Shown in pieces: positions 12,319 to 25,712 of a stretch of DNA of 64,000 nucleotides. Made by a program: the position numbers and the translations under genes. Positions within the stretch are counted from its first letter, which is position 1; every line of letters starts with the position of its first letter. This stretch comes from Eledone cirrhosa. Lineage: Eukaryota. The stretch spans positions 233,182,001 through 233,246,000 of the forward strand of contig OZ024743.1 in NCBI GenBank assembly GCA_964016885.1, read 5' to 3'. The notes beneath the pieces are model-generated. The model was given only the letters and a program-made list of their open reading frames with translations. It ran no database searches and was not told the origin of the DNA.

Positions 12319-13565
12319 CTGTCAAAGAAAGAGAGAATAGAGTCGGTTAAGAAAAACAGAAGGATTGTGATCATAATTATTGTTATTATGAAAAGTAGGG
12401 TAGAGTTGGAAGCGATGCGAGATTGCTGTGACTAAATAGATTTACTTATGGCTGTAAGCTGTCAGCAAAAACTGGAAGAAGAAACTTGCTTATAGTGTAT
12501 CTGAGTAATCCAGTGATCCTTGAATCAACTTATGTGGTGCTCCTTATTTTGCGTTGTTCTATGCCATTAGCTCTGTTCAGCAGCAACCCGGACAATGACA
12601 ACCTGTCTGACTCTTGCTAGCAGGGAAAATAGTTGTTAAATGATAACAATGACATTTCTATTTATAGTTTGAAATATGACAGCTGTCTAAAGAGAAGCAA
12701 AGAAATCTCGGTGAATAGAACCTGCAGAAGAGTTAGACCTAGGACATGGAATGAATTAGTGAAGACGGAGGTTAAATAGCTGAATCTCATGACACAGATG
12801 ATAAAGGACCAGGAGGATTGGCAACATGCAGTACCTGAGAAGACTTGCCAACCAGTATTAGAATGTAAATGTGACTTGACCCTTCCATGTTCCCTCCTCC
12901 TCCATCCCTTCTTAGTGATGGTCCTCACCATCACTGTACCTGCCTCACTCTATCCTTCATCACACCCACATGTTTTTAAATCCCACTATCACACCATCCC
13001 ATCAAAGCTTTTTAGTAACTGTTTACCTCATCACAGCACTCAATACAACACCCCAGATTGTATGATACTCATGTATAAAGTATGATGCTACATGGTAGCA
13101 AGACATGGAATGAATGTGTGTGTATATTTGGTCTGTATATATATTGGCAGAGGATGTAAACATGGCATGAAAATTAAAAATCTGTTAATGATTACAATGA
13201 AATCCCCTGCACTGAGTGACACATGTATGCTATAATCAATTTTGCTATCAGAAATATAGTAAAACAATAACTGACATGTTGGTAACCTATAACCAATAAT
13301 GGTTTTGTTCACTAACTTTGATACCAAATGAATTCTAGAGTTAATTTAATCTATTGTTTCCTTACTTGTACCTCCCTAGTGGCCAATAAAGAAATTATTA
13401 TTGTTTATTATTAATATTAGCATTATTACCATTATATATATATGTGAATATGAAAAAGTGTTCCACACAGCTAACTAAGATCATACAATAATGAATTTTA
13501 AAAATATGCGTGAAGACAACAGAAAAATAGATGAAACACAAGACATTCCCTTCTCATTTGACAAC

Positions 13566-13676
13566 CTCTGGAGGTTCTCGTAATTTTGGTACTTTAAGGT
13601 CAATATCAGTAGCGCCAGTGAATATAGGACAATAACAAATGGATACAAGACAATTACAGGACAATTGGTCTTTCGG
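13566..13676 (-). CDS. MYCBP2: Candidate 111-nt cassette exon PKDQLSCNCLVSICYCPIFTGATDIDLKVPKLREPPE, phase 0-0
   Basis: ttttattttatttgtaaatag| acceptor, GAG|gttgtc donor; 37 open codons. Confidence 0.5.
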
Positions 13677-13945
13677 CTATTTACAAATAAAATAAAATTT
13701 GCTACAAACCAATACACTGCAACTGAAAAGAAGAGATAGAAACAAAACCCAACATATTAGCCAAGAAGAGAAAGTATGCACAGAAGGTGAAGTGAGAAAG
13801 AGAAGGTGGAAAAGACAAAGAATATACAAACATTAATAAAAAAACAAAAAAAAAAAAATACACGAACATACTATAAGAATTAGCTTTTAAATATTTATCA
13901 AGAAGTCTTATCAACAAATCAGAGGAATGTAAAGAATATACTAAC

Positions 13946-15593
13946 CTGAGGACTTGGGGGTGATATGTTTGAAGGAGGACGAAGTTCCTGGCTGAGGGAG
14001 CCAGACCTGGCCAAAGGACTATGCCGTGGTTCAGTAGGTAACCGGGGACGATAGCGCTGCTGTTTCTGAGCCAAACTCAATGACCCCGAACGTACAAACA
14101 CTCGTTCCTCCGTATCGAAGAATATGTCCTCAGCGAACGCAGAGTCGGAAGCTTGAGCACCCTGCTGTGTCAAATATTGGAACGGCGCCATAGGAAAAGG
14201 GTTGAGGTCAGTACCAATGTCCTCACTGACGCTTGGCAGAAACATATCCAAGCGATTAAGGCTATTTGGAGTTCTCTTGTGACTGTGCGAAGGAAGACTA
14301 ATGCCAGCGGCACTTGCCAAGTCCAACAGAAACATTGCATTGTTTTTAAGAATTATATGAGATTCCATAGGAATCAAGTTCGACTGCTGCTTATTGGCAA
14401 AGATTTTTTTCTTATACTTTCGTGATTTCTCTTTGTCCTTCTGTGCTTGTCGACGCTCACGCAAATATTTATCCCTGCACCGATCACAAATTAGGTACCA
14501 GCTGCTGCCTCCAAAACCCCCTTCTCCACAGTTGCCAGCCCATCCGCCACAGAAGTTGCCACCACTGTTGTAGCCTTTGCCTCCAGCATATCGGCCACAG
14601 CCGGGATGCGATCGGCGCATATGGTATGTGACAGGATGTGGGTACATCACACCACATAGTTCGCACATTGTCTCACGTTCTGCACTGGCAGTACCAGCAA
14701 ATAGAACGCCTGCCGCCTCTCCAAACAGGTTGCCCCGTACAATTGGTTTCAAGTCTCGTTTTTTCTTCGTCCGCTTCTCTTTTGTCTTCTCCTTCTCCTT
14801 CTTCTCGACTTTCTTAGTTTTCATGCTGAGTGCAGGACTTGGATAGATCATGTCCTTCGATATCACGTTGAGCATTGTTGATGCCAGTTCTTCCCAGAAT
14901 CCTACCAAATGATACAGAGTTGCTGGAAGTTTTGCATCTTCTCGATCGTAGGCACCATTCTCTGAGTGGACAAGTAATTGATCTTCATGATAATTCACGC
15001 TACCCTCAGATTTGTGTCGTCCAAGAATTGGTTTTGGTTGTTTTAAAGGATCCAGTTTTACAGAATCTATTTTCACTTGATCCAGCTTACCTGAATCAGT
15101 CTGTAAAGTGCCTAATCTGACACTGTCCTGTCTGCTAATTTCAGAATCAGAATCAACACTGTCCTGGTGTTCAATAAAGAACCTAACACGGGTTTCGTTC
15201 AAATTGTCTCCCTTCTTGGACGGTTCCTTCTTGATTTCTTTTGCCGTTTCAGTCGGCTGGCGGACTTTAATTTTCTCAGACTTCCTGTCGTCAACTTGAG
15301 ACATTTCTTTAGATAAATTTGGGTGGAATTTCAAGAAAGACGCACAGGCCATTGCATCATGCACAATTCCTTCATGCCACAGAAAAGCAGCGTAGACAGC
15401 ACGGAGACATTCGGCAACAGACGGTGAGAGAGCTTCCTTCACTGGCTCACGGGTCCTTTCAAAGATCATAGTGGCTGAACCAGAGCGACTCCTATTAATT
15501 GGAGTGGTTTCCCTTGGTGATGGTGATGCTGCTCGTTCTCGTTTGTTTCTCAACTGTCGGCCCCTGTCTTTGCGAATAGCTTTTGGAGATAAT
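13946..15593 (-). CDS. MYCBP2: MYCBP2 large exon (1648 nt): SPSVAECLRAVYAAFLWHEGIVHDAMACASFLKFHP and CELC...HPVTYHM...GGWAGNCG...WYLICDRCR motifs, phase 2-0
   Basis: Diagnostic PHR-family motifs within the 599-aa ORF; ctgtag| and CAG|gttagt. Confidence 0.97.
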
Positions 15594-17149
15594 CTACAGA
15601 GAAAATAAACGTAAAATGTAATCATTAACCATGTAAAAATCAATGTAACAATTTTTTTGTGATAACCATGAAAATAAACTAAAGCAATAACAGTAATGAC
15701 AACAAAGGCAATACCCATTAACCTGTTAATTAATCAATTATTGGTTCGTCAAATGTTTTGACCACAAAAGTGTGCCTTATCAAATGCCCTCCTCCTCCTG
15801 CAAGAAATCATTTTACAAAAGAAATGACATTGAAAAGACCACAGTTTTGTGACAAAAATCTTGGACAAAGCAATCATTAATTAACACTAAAGGAATAAAT
15901 TACAACCAGAGTGGGGTTTTGGGGGCAGAATTAAATTTAAAAAAACTCCCACATGTGATTTCTTAAATGAATGAAAAAATTTGGAAAAAAAATAAAATAA
16001 AATAAAATAATAAAAAAAAAAAAAAAAAAAAAAAAAAATCGAGGAAAAAAGAATAGAATGATCTTTAATAAAAATAATATAAATAATGAATCATTCAATA
16101 AACACGAGAAAATAAAATCAATTATATTTGAACTGACTGGATGTGAAGAACACTTGGAAGATGAAACCTGCTTGGATTTCTACACTGAAGACAGAACTAG
16201 TTTTTTTAATCAAGATGCAAACTGCATAAATGAATAAGGGTACTTTTATTTGAAATATTGTAAAAGAAACTCATAATCTCAGACAAAGAACAGGATGACC
16301 TCAAGAAATAGAACTTCAAGAAGGAGACGATACAGGATTAAGTTGACTGGTGATTTATCCAATTACGAAAGACCACCAGTGCAAGTCTTGCAAGACTAAA
16401 AGTAAATGTATTGAAAAGTTGAAAACTACATGGTGTAGAGAGGTCCCATCAGCTTGCAGTGGATGAGACAATTTCTCTAAGTATTGTGTTAAGTGGTTAA
16501 GTTAACAGAGCCAATATAGGAGAAATGAGTTTCTTCTGTCTTGCCAAGTACATAGCACCCCCATTGTGTTAGTGCCATGATGAAATACACCAAATACATT
16601 CTGTTAAGTGAGAATACCGATGCCATAATAGAATGCATCCATTACCCTCATAAAGTGGTAGTATTGAATTCCATAATAAAATGCACCTAGTACACACTGC
16701 AATGTGGTTGATGTGAGGAAGGGCATCTAGCCATAAAAACCATGCCAAATATGAAACGTAAGACTCAAAATCTGATTCTCTAACCAGTTTAACCTCTAAC
16801 TATAATGATCCATCTAACCCATACCAATATGATGATTATAATGATATATATTCTTGAAATGATTGTCCACCGTTTTTGTTCTGATTGTTCTCTAAACATT
16901 AATGAGACATTCTTTTTACATCTCCACTGATGACAAGATTTTTATATCAAATTATGATGAAATCTTTTAAATTAAATAGATTTTGTTTCATTATAACCAG
17001 AGGCAATTTGGGGGTGGCTTAAACTTTATTTTTTCTATTTTTTAATAAAAAAAAATCAGGGATCCAGATACATGAATATAGGGCATGAGGTTTGCAAGGT
17101 GCTAAGGGACAAGACAGACAGAAAACCTTCAAATCAGAACCTTCCTCAC

Positions 17150-17431
17150 CTGATCGTCTCATCTTTTGGTGAGACTGTGCCAATATTGAATGTGGGTTTG
17201 ATGGCTGTCTCGGATGTGTTTCCTCCAGATGTCACTGCTGCTACTGATGCTGCAATCGGAACAGTATTGACAATAGGAACTCCAACAGGAGGTGAGGCAA
17301 AACCTGACAAAGGCGGACTTGATCCAAGTCCGAGACTAGCAGCCCCGGATTTGTGTTGCTGCTGCTGCTGTTGATGTTGTTGTTGCTGTTGTAGTGTGGG
17401 ACTCAGAGCAGGGCTACTGCTTGGGTCTCGA
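17150..17431 (-). CDS. MYCBP2: MYCBP2 exon SRDPSSSPALSPTLQQQQHQQQQQQHK...PKDETIR, phase 2-2
   Basis: gtcttag| and CAG|gtgagg; 282 nt open with a short polyQ tract. Confidence 0.87.
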
Positions 17432-17529
17432 CTAAGACACAGAAATGTATAACTTTGTGTTAAAAGTGGGGGAAAAAACTTTACAATGCAGCAAAGTTAA
17501 CAACATTCCTTTCCTATTTTTGGACAGTG

Positions 17530-17575
17530 AGTGTGTGTGTGTGTGTGAAAATATACATGTATGTGTGTGCGTGTG

Positions 17576-17647
<72 letters not shown>

Positions 17648-17962
17648 TATATATATACATATATACACACATAACCTCCATGCTTCCCGAGATTCGCCAA
17701 CACTACACCTAATGTTCCCCCTCCATACACATACACACATGTATATCATGACTCATACACTATTCACTTCCCTGACATTTGTATATTATTCTATGTACTA
17801 TACATGCATCTTTGACGAGTTGTAGTGCACCTGAGCACTTTACACAATAATTTCATTATTATTATTATTATTATTTATATATATATATATATGCACACAC
17901 ATATATAAACATATATATACACACACATATATATATATATACATATATATATATACACACAC

Positions 17963-18004
<42 letters not shown>

Positions 18005-18091
18005 CTATATACATATATATATACACACATATCTATATACATATATATATACACACGCATATCTATATACATATATATACACACGCATATC

Positions 18092-18126
<35 letters not shown>

Positions 18127-18135
18127 ACGCATATC

Positions 18136-18178
<43 letters not shown>

Positions 18179-18417
18179 GCATATCTATATATACATATAT
18201 ATATATATATACACGCATATCTATATATACATATATATATATATATACACGCATATCTATATATACATATATATATATATACGCATATCTATATATACAT
18301 ATATATATATACACATATCTATATACATATATATATATATACGCATATCTATATATACATATATATATATACACATATCTATATACATATATATATATAT
18401 ATATATATACACACATC

Positions 18418-18456
<39 letters not shown>

Positions 18457-19075
18457 CTATATACATATATATATATATATATATACACACACATATCTAT
18501 ATACATATATATATATATACACACATCTCTATATATATATATATATACACACATCTATATATATATATATATACACACACATCTATATACATATGTATAT
18601 ATACACACATCTATATACATATATGTGTATATACACACATATATATATATATACACACATATATATACTCATATACATATATATACTCATATATATATAT
18701 ATATACTCATATACATATATACTCATATACATACATATATATACTCATATACATATATACTCATATACATACATATATATATATATACTCATATACATAC
18801 ATATATATATATACTCATATACATACATATATATATATATACTCATATACATATATATATATATATATACTCATATACATATATATATACTCATATATAT
18901 ATATATACTCATATACATACATATATATATATACTCATATACATACATATATATATATACTCATATACATATATATATACTCATATATATATATATACTC
19001 ATATATATATATATACTCATATACATATATATATATATATATACTCATATACATACATATATATATACACACACG
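17530..19075. repeat. Compound (TA)n/(CA)n microsatellite field interrupted by a LINE tail
   Basis: Direct reading. Confidence 0.95.
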
Positions 19076-19605
19076 CATACACATGGATATGTATATTTGT
19101 ATTTGGACACAAGTATACATATACATACACAATTATACCTCTATTATACACATCAACAACCTTGTAAATATGTTGTGCATGTGTATATACAAACACACAT
19201 ACATGCATGTCTAGGAAAATTCAACATCCATTGATTAGAAAATTTTGACATTTGTGCAAGATGTCTTTTATACACTCACACATACACTAACACATACACC
19301 CAAATATGTGTAAATACTCACACATACACACAAATGCAAACACATATACAAATAACCACTAACACACACATTAACACATGCACACACACTAATATACAGC
19401 TTGTGTTGTTATACACACATGCATACACACATTAACACATGCGCACACACACACACAAAGAAATGCATACACACTAACATATTATACACACACACACACG
19501 GGTTGATTTTAGCATTAAGCAGCAAAGCAGGTTCTATTTGAAGCAACGACTGAAGAGTGCCAACAACAGCAATGCAGTAGTAGCAGTGCAGTAGCAGCAG
19601 TTTAC

Positions 19606-19620
19606 AAGAGATTGCACAAT
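19606..19620 (-). CDS. MYCBP2: Candidate 15-nt microexon (R)LCNL, phase 2-2
   Basis: ~55-nt AG-free pyrimidine-rich tract ending ccttgcatctctcag|ATTGTGCAATCTCTT|gtaaac; frame-neutral. Confidence 0.45.
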
Positions 19621-19899
19621 CTGAGAGATGCAAGGAGGAAGGTTGTGGTTGTGGTGGAGGAAGAGGAGAGAGAAAAAAAACATTAAAATATTAATAAATA
19701 AAAAATATTTTGACCATGAATTACTTTTTCCTGATCAAGTGTTCATGTTTTAAATAAGTTCAGTACAGGTGGGGCTTATAAAGTGTTGTGATGTTCATGC
19801 ATGTCTTCCATGGCCATTAATGAAGTGAAATAACCAAACAGTCAATCGTACAAATCTTTTCATGATCAGATGTACTCATTCAACTGTGATTAGTATTAT

Positions 19900-20700
19900 C
19901 AGGTTCAGTGGAGTGGAATTAGTAATATCAAATTCAATGGGATGGAGTTAGTGCTATAAGGCTCAGTGAAGTGTAGCTAGTGATATCAAACTCAACAGAG
20001 TTAGTAATATCAGGCTCAGTGGAGTGTAGCTAGTAAATCAGGCTCAGTGGAGTATGGCTAGTAATATCAGGCTCAGTGGAGTGTAGTTAGTAATATCAGG
20101 ATCAGTGGAGTGTAGCTAGTAATATCAGGCTCAGTGGAGTGTAGCTAGTAATATCAGGCTCAGTGGAGTGGAATGTAGCTAGGGATATCAGGCTCAGTGA
20201 AGTGTAGTTAGTGCTGTGAGGCTCAATGGAGTGGAATTAGTGCTATGAGGCTTAGTGAAGTGTATTTAGTGCTATTAGACTCAGTGAAGTGTATTTAGTG
20301 CTATGAGGCTCAGTGATGTGTAGTTAGTGCTATGAGGCTCAGTGATGTGTAGTTAGTGCTATGGGGCTCAGTGATGTGTAGTTAGTGCTATGGGGCTCAG
20401 TGATGTGTAGTTAGAGCTATGGGGCTCAGTGATGTGTAGTTAGAGCTATGGGGCTCAGTGATGTGTAGTTAGAGCTATGGGGCTCAGTGATGTGTAGTTA
20501 GAGCTATGGGGCTCAGTGATGTGTAGTTAGAGCTATGGGGCTCAGTGATGTGTAGTTAGAGCTATGGGGCTCAGTGATGTGTAGTTAGTGCTATGAGGCT
20601 CAGTGATGTGTAGTTAGTGCTATAAAGCTCAGTGATATGAGACTCAGTGATGTATAGTTAGTGATATGAGACTCAATGGAGAGTGATCAATGTTATCAGG
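19900..20700. repeat. 29-bp minisatellite GGCTCAGTGATGTGTAGTTAGAGCTATGG
   Basis: Tandem units, homogeneous in the centre and degenerate at the edges. Confidence 0.93.
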
Positions 20701-22373
20701 TTCAGGCTCAAGAGAACCAATGTTATCAAGGTTTGAATGATACTGTGTCGTGAGATTCATGCAGTTCTACCAAATGACCATGAATGGAACAAGTAAAATT
20801 AAATGATATAACCCCAACATTTGACCCTATCAAGATGAAAGGGGTTCATCAGTAAGTGATAAGTGCATTAATGTTTAATGTAGATGTCAATGATAGAGTT
20901 GTGATAGTTGATTAAATAGACTTCAATAATTGATTGGTATTATATTTTATCAACTCAAAAATAAAAGAAAAGAATCAAGGGCAAAAAATAAAATAATAAA
21001 AGCAGAATAATAAAAAAAACATAAAATGAGAAAAGATATGTTAAGTAAGAGATAAAAATGAAATATTTTAAAGGATTAGTTGATGTATTGAACAATATGG
21101 GAGGGGTAAAATGAGGACAAAGGTGTGATATGACAAGTTATCCATTATTTTTCATTATAAAGGGCGGTGGATTGGCAGTATCGGTAGAGTGTCGGACGCC
21201 ATGCTTTAACACATTAGTTATAGCCCTTTCCATTCTGAGTTCAAATCCCGCCAAGGTTAACTTTGCCTTTCATCCTTATGGGGTCGATAAAATAAAGTAC
21301 CAGTAATGTACTGGGTAATTGCTGGCCTTGTGCCAAAAGTAGAAACAATTATTTTTCTTTATAAACTGGATTTAGCCTTGTCAATATTAGCCAAACATTA
21401 TTTGTGTATGAGAAGTCAATAAATACTGGAACTGAAGCGGCACAAATTTCCCCCTAACTTACGTACACAGGAAAAAAAAATGAAAAGAGTAGTGGTTTAG
21501 AGTCATAACACGGACTCTAAAAAGTGGGAGAGAAACCCTCACTAACATATGAATTATTTTCATTATTTTCCCTCCAATATTTATCTGAAATATGTTCCAC
21601 CTTCCCTCCCATTATCCCTCCCATACACCTACATTGCTGTAATCATCCCACCCTTGTACCTACTTACCTATTTCCCCATGCACCTAATGTAACTACCTAA
21701 TTATTAAGCTGGCATCAGGAACTTAATTTTTGAACAGAGTTTCTAACAAATGATTACAATGGAAAAATTTTAGATAAATATAAACACTTTAAAATAAACA
21801 GTTTTGTATTATTAAAACCAAGGGCAGATTCAGGCAGTTTGGTATCAGAGGGGTTAGTCTGATGCTGTACCAATTCTTTCACATCCCTGCCAGATATAAC
21901 AAAAACTCCAGTTGGCCTTAATAATGATAATGATGACATTTAATATATCCGAAAAATGCAAGAATGAAAATGGCAAAATGAAATGAAATTAACAGCTCAC
22001 ATCTATGCAGGTTTAAATGGTCTCCTATGATGTTACATCTCATAGAAGGATTCTTGGGTGTTTTAATGATAGAGGACACATGTCTATCATTAAAAGCAAT
22101 GTGAAACAAAGCATCTTGCTCAAAAAACCTGTGCCATCCAGTACAAAAATCAAACCAAAAACCTTATGAACATAAATACAACACCCTAACCACTAGGCCA
22201 CACGCCATGCAGGGATGGACAGAATATTATAGCTGCAAAACAAAGCAATAATAGAGTGCATGCATTGCATCATTGAATACATTCCATGCCAGTGTTACCT
22301 GCAATAAGAGGGGAGAAGTACATAATAAGGTGCAAGGTTGGAGTAAGAAGGTTTGATTAATATCTATTTACAA

Positions 22374-23010
22374 TACAAGGTTTGTCCCAAAAGTAAGAGT
22401 ACTGATATTTTATTTAAATGTACATTAGACGTGCATGAAATTATAAGTTATCTCTTTAAAATATGACACGAGAAATCATACAGTGATTCCAAGGTATTTC
22501 CATTGACTGTAGCAGTACTGGATGTCATTTTTTGTGAGTGTCCTTAGCTCATCGGTTACAATTGTTTGTATGTTTTCCAGTCCCAAAATGATGCCCCTTT
22601 GACTTCAATTTCAACTTAGGGACGAGATAGAAATCACAGAGCTAAATCTGGGCTGTAGGGAGGATGTGAAAAACTGGGAATGTTTATCTTCGCCAGAAAT
22701 TCTCTAATTGAAAGTGTTGTGTCAGCAAGAGTGTTATCATGGTGCAGTACCCAGGCTTTATCTTTTGTTATTACTTTATCAAAGAAATTTAGCTTAGTCT
22801 TTCTAGCAAATCCTGACAAATTTCCAACTGGTTCGCTTTTTGCTCCACAGACAAGCTTTTGAGCACTAGTTTTGCACACATTTTCTACATGTGCAAATGG
22901 TTCGTTAGAATTCTTTGAACTGTATTTTTATCCAAGCCCGTTCCTTATGCAATCATCCTAAAACTTAATCGTCGATCTTTCACTATCACTGCTCGCACTG
23001 TGGTTCCATC
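22374..23010 (-). mobile_element. Degenerate, internally deleted mariner transposon remnant
   Basis: Translation contains WVLHHDN and HPPYSPDLA (mariner DD34D motifs); TA-CAAGG...CCCAAAAGT TIR-like end. Confidence 0.85.
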
Positions 23011-23044
23011 AGAAATTAAGAGTTCAGTGAATGAATGAATGAAT

Positions 23045-23525
23045 ATAGTTTACATACTCAATCACTCAAATAAGACAGTTCTGATACTCAGCTAATGAGT
23101 TGTGATACTCAACCACTCAGCTGATATAGTTTTGATACTCAGCTAATAGTTTTGATACTTACCTAACAGTTTTGATATTCAGCTAACACAGTTTTGATAC
23201 TCAGCAACTCAGCTAACAGAATTTTGATACTCACAAACTCAGATGAAATAGTTTTGATATTCAGCTAATATAGTTTGGAAACTCAGCCACTCAGGCAATA
23301 TAGTTTTGATACTCAGCTATTATAGTTTTGATACTCAATGACTCAACTGACAGTCTTGATACTCAGTTGCACAGCTAATATACTTATAGTACTCAATGTA
23401 GTTTTGACACTCTACTAATATAGTATTGACACTCAGTTAACATAGTTGAGTAGCTGAGTATCCAATCTAACAATTTTTCTACTGAGTCATTCAGCTAATA
23501 AACTTTTGATACTCAGCTATTCAGC
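23045..23525. repeat. Degenerate minisatellite, core AGTTTTGATACTCAGCTAAT
   Basis: Repeated core with variable spacing. Confidence 0.85.
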
Positions 23526-23667
23526 TGACTGTTTTTAAACAGCAAGAAAAAAGAAAGCATCAAATGGAAGATGAAAGAAAGATGAAATAGAAGACGAAGG
23601 AGAAAATTGAAAAGTAAAAGAAGAAATAAGAACAAAAGAAGAAAAAGAAGAAAAAGAGGAAGGTTAC

Positions 23668-23905
23668 CTTGATCTAACTGGTGACAATTGGCGTGAATGG
23701 TCAGAGACAGGACTTTCTGACACTGCTCTTTCCACACTTGGTTCCCGGGGTAAGTTACCCCGCAGAGCTCTCTGCGCAAAAGCGCTTGCTGGCACAGCTG
23801 CTGAGGGCAACTCTTCCTTCATCACCACTACTTTATCCTTGCCCTCTTTTCTATTGTTTTCCTCTTTCTGGGAAGTCCGCAGAGGAGACCCATGCCGTGA
23901 GGACC
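23668..23905 (-). CDS. MYCBP2: MYCBP2 exon GSSRHGSPLRTSQKEE...LSPVRS, phase 1-2
   Basis: tttag| and AAG|gtaacc; 238 nt open by hand translation; GC-rich; phase fits both neighbours. Confidence 0.85.
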
Positions 23906-24128
23906 CTAAATTGTTGAAGGTGGAGAATTAAAACATAATCATACTATACATTACATCTCACTATTTTGTGATTAAAAAAGAAATAAAAAGACATTAATGA
24001 ACAATTAAATGTATTTGTATACAGATATACATGCATATATATATATGTGTGTGTGTAAGCACATATGGATGTATACATGATAGGTGTGTAGTGGTGTGTA
24101 TGGTTGTGCCTGTATGTAAGTATATGTG

Positions 24129-24188
<60 letters not shown>

Positions 24189-24769
24189 TGCAGTTATATA
24201 TTTATGTACATATATGAGTAAGTGGATGTGCAAATAAATGGCAATATGTACAACTAACATTTTTTTTACAATATCTTTACCTTTATTTGTTAAAAATTAA
24301 TTTTTTTAGAACTGTCAACCTTATTTAATTTATTATTACAAGAACCACACTTATTATATTTGCCATTCCCAGTTGTGCTAACAGCAGCAATCTGTGAAAA
24401 TAAGAGTAGCAACAGAGAGAAATGTGAGTAATATATACTCTCGGGTCCTAGATAGGAGGTGGGAGTTGGAATAAGCAGGAGGGGGTGACATTTGCTTAAA
24501 TTCTTATAAGCAGAGGTGGGAGGATAAGTAATTGTATAGTGCACATTCTCACATGAATTGCTTCCTCTAAATCAGAAAGAAAAAAGAAAAAAAAAAGAAA
24601 ACCTTTTCAAATTGATTCAGCACCAGAAATAAACAGGACCCTGGATGCATATCTTTTTTTCATAAAGACTGAAGATTGATGGTGAACGTGAGATTAATCT
24701 GCTACAATTAATTGGGTACCATCAGGAGATTGAGAACCAACCAAAACATATGTTTAGTTGTCATGTATG

Positions 24770-25004
24770 TTAACCCTTTAGTTACCAACCCGGCCAAATC
24801 CAGCTCTGGTTCTATGAAACAACACTACCCATTTTAAAGGTTTCCATTTTAAATTAAAATTTTCCAACATAATTTTATATAAGAACCTTACATTAAGTTA
24901 CTATCTTAGTAATGAAATAATTAATAATTTTAGTAAATCCCTCGAAATTCTTCATAAATTAAAATAGATTGTATTTCATTAGAAATACGGTCATGAAAGG
25001 GTTA
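24770..25004. mobile_element. Second TTAA-CCCTTT MITE family; fragments at ~4936-5630, 6100-6530, 32839-33000
   Basis: TTAACCCTTT...AAAGGGTTAA termini; internal sequence differs from the first family. Confidence 0.65.
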
Positions 25005-25607
25005 AGTAACATTAAAGTACCCCTCTGTTTTACATATTGGGGCTCATTTTTTCGTTATTACAATCCACACTCAGTAAACTATTATTGGCATCTCTATATT
25101 ATATCATCAGATGGTACATAGTTAATGTTGTATGTAAAATAGAAGTACAATTTGTCTACTAGTATGATATTTACATGTACACACAAAGTTTCCCATATTA
25201 GTAAAAAACATTTTTAAAAAGTTTTAATAATTTCATTTAATCATACAATTTTGCTGCCAAACAAATTAAAGACAGGACCCAAAAAGTGTTTAAGAGAGGA
25301 TAAGGCTGAAAAGGATTTGTGGGTTAGTGAGGTGGAATCTAACAATGAAAGCCAGCTCACCCTACTCACAGGGAAACAGGAGGCAGGAGTAAGCAGCAGC
25401 AACATAAAATAAGGAACATAAACTCCACAAAAATCAAAGAGCCAAAATAAATAATATTGGTAAATTGTAACAAATTTATATATTGGTTTAATTTTAAAAA
25501 AATAGGCATGTATTTTTTCTTTTTTTTTTTTTTTGGTAATGATAGTGATAAAAAAAACGAACAAATCAAAATATAAATCAACAAATAAAGCAGTAGGATT
25601 TTTTCAC

Positions 25608-25712
25608 CTGAACTGTGGCAAGAACTGCAGCTACGAGAGGATACTTTCTTGGGAGTGCCTGGTGGTGAGGGGAGAGGTGTTGGACCATTCCCATTAAAGC
25701 GACTTTCGCAGC
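25608..25712 (-). CDS. MYCBP2: MYCBP2 exon GCESRFNGNGPTPLPSPPGTPKK...CHSS, phase 1-1
   Basis: ttcttcag| and CAG|gtgaaa; 105 nt open; the ORF track shows a different frame. Confidence 0.85.

Noticed and set aside
15594-15718. Hydrophobic N-terminus of the 599-aa ORF suggesting a stand-alone membrane protein
   Set aside because: Intronic read-through upstream of the tctgtag acceptor at 15594; the ORF is one internal MYCBP2 exon
17432-19234. YI/IY-repeat ORFs (also 35413-35962, 54936-55437, 8322-8653)
   Set aside because: Translations of micro- and minisatellites
19900-20700. 29-bp repeats of CRISPR-like length (also 39010-39385, 51170-51740)
   Set aside because: Head-to-tail units with no unique spacers, no cas genes, and a eukaryotic intron context
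24320-24391. Strong-looking acceptor ttttcacag at 24392, and a gtgagtagggtgagc motif near 25360
   Set aside because: The required phase-1 reading stops at once (TAG); rescue needs 1-4 nt exons or weak donors, so it was not called
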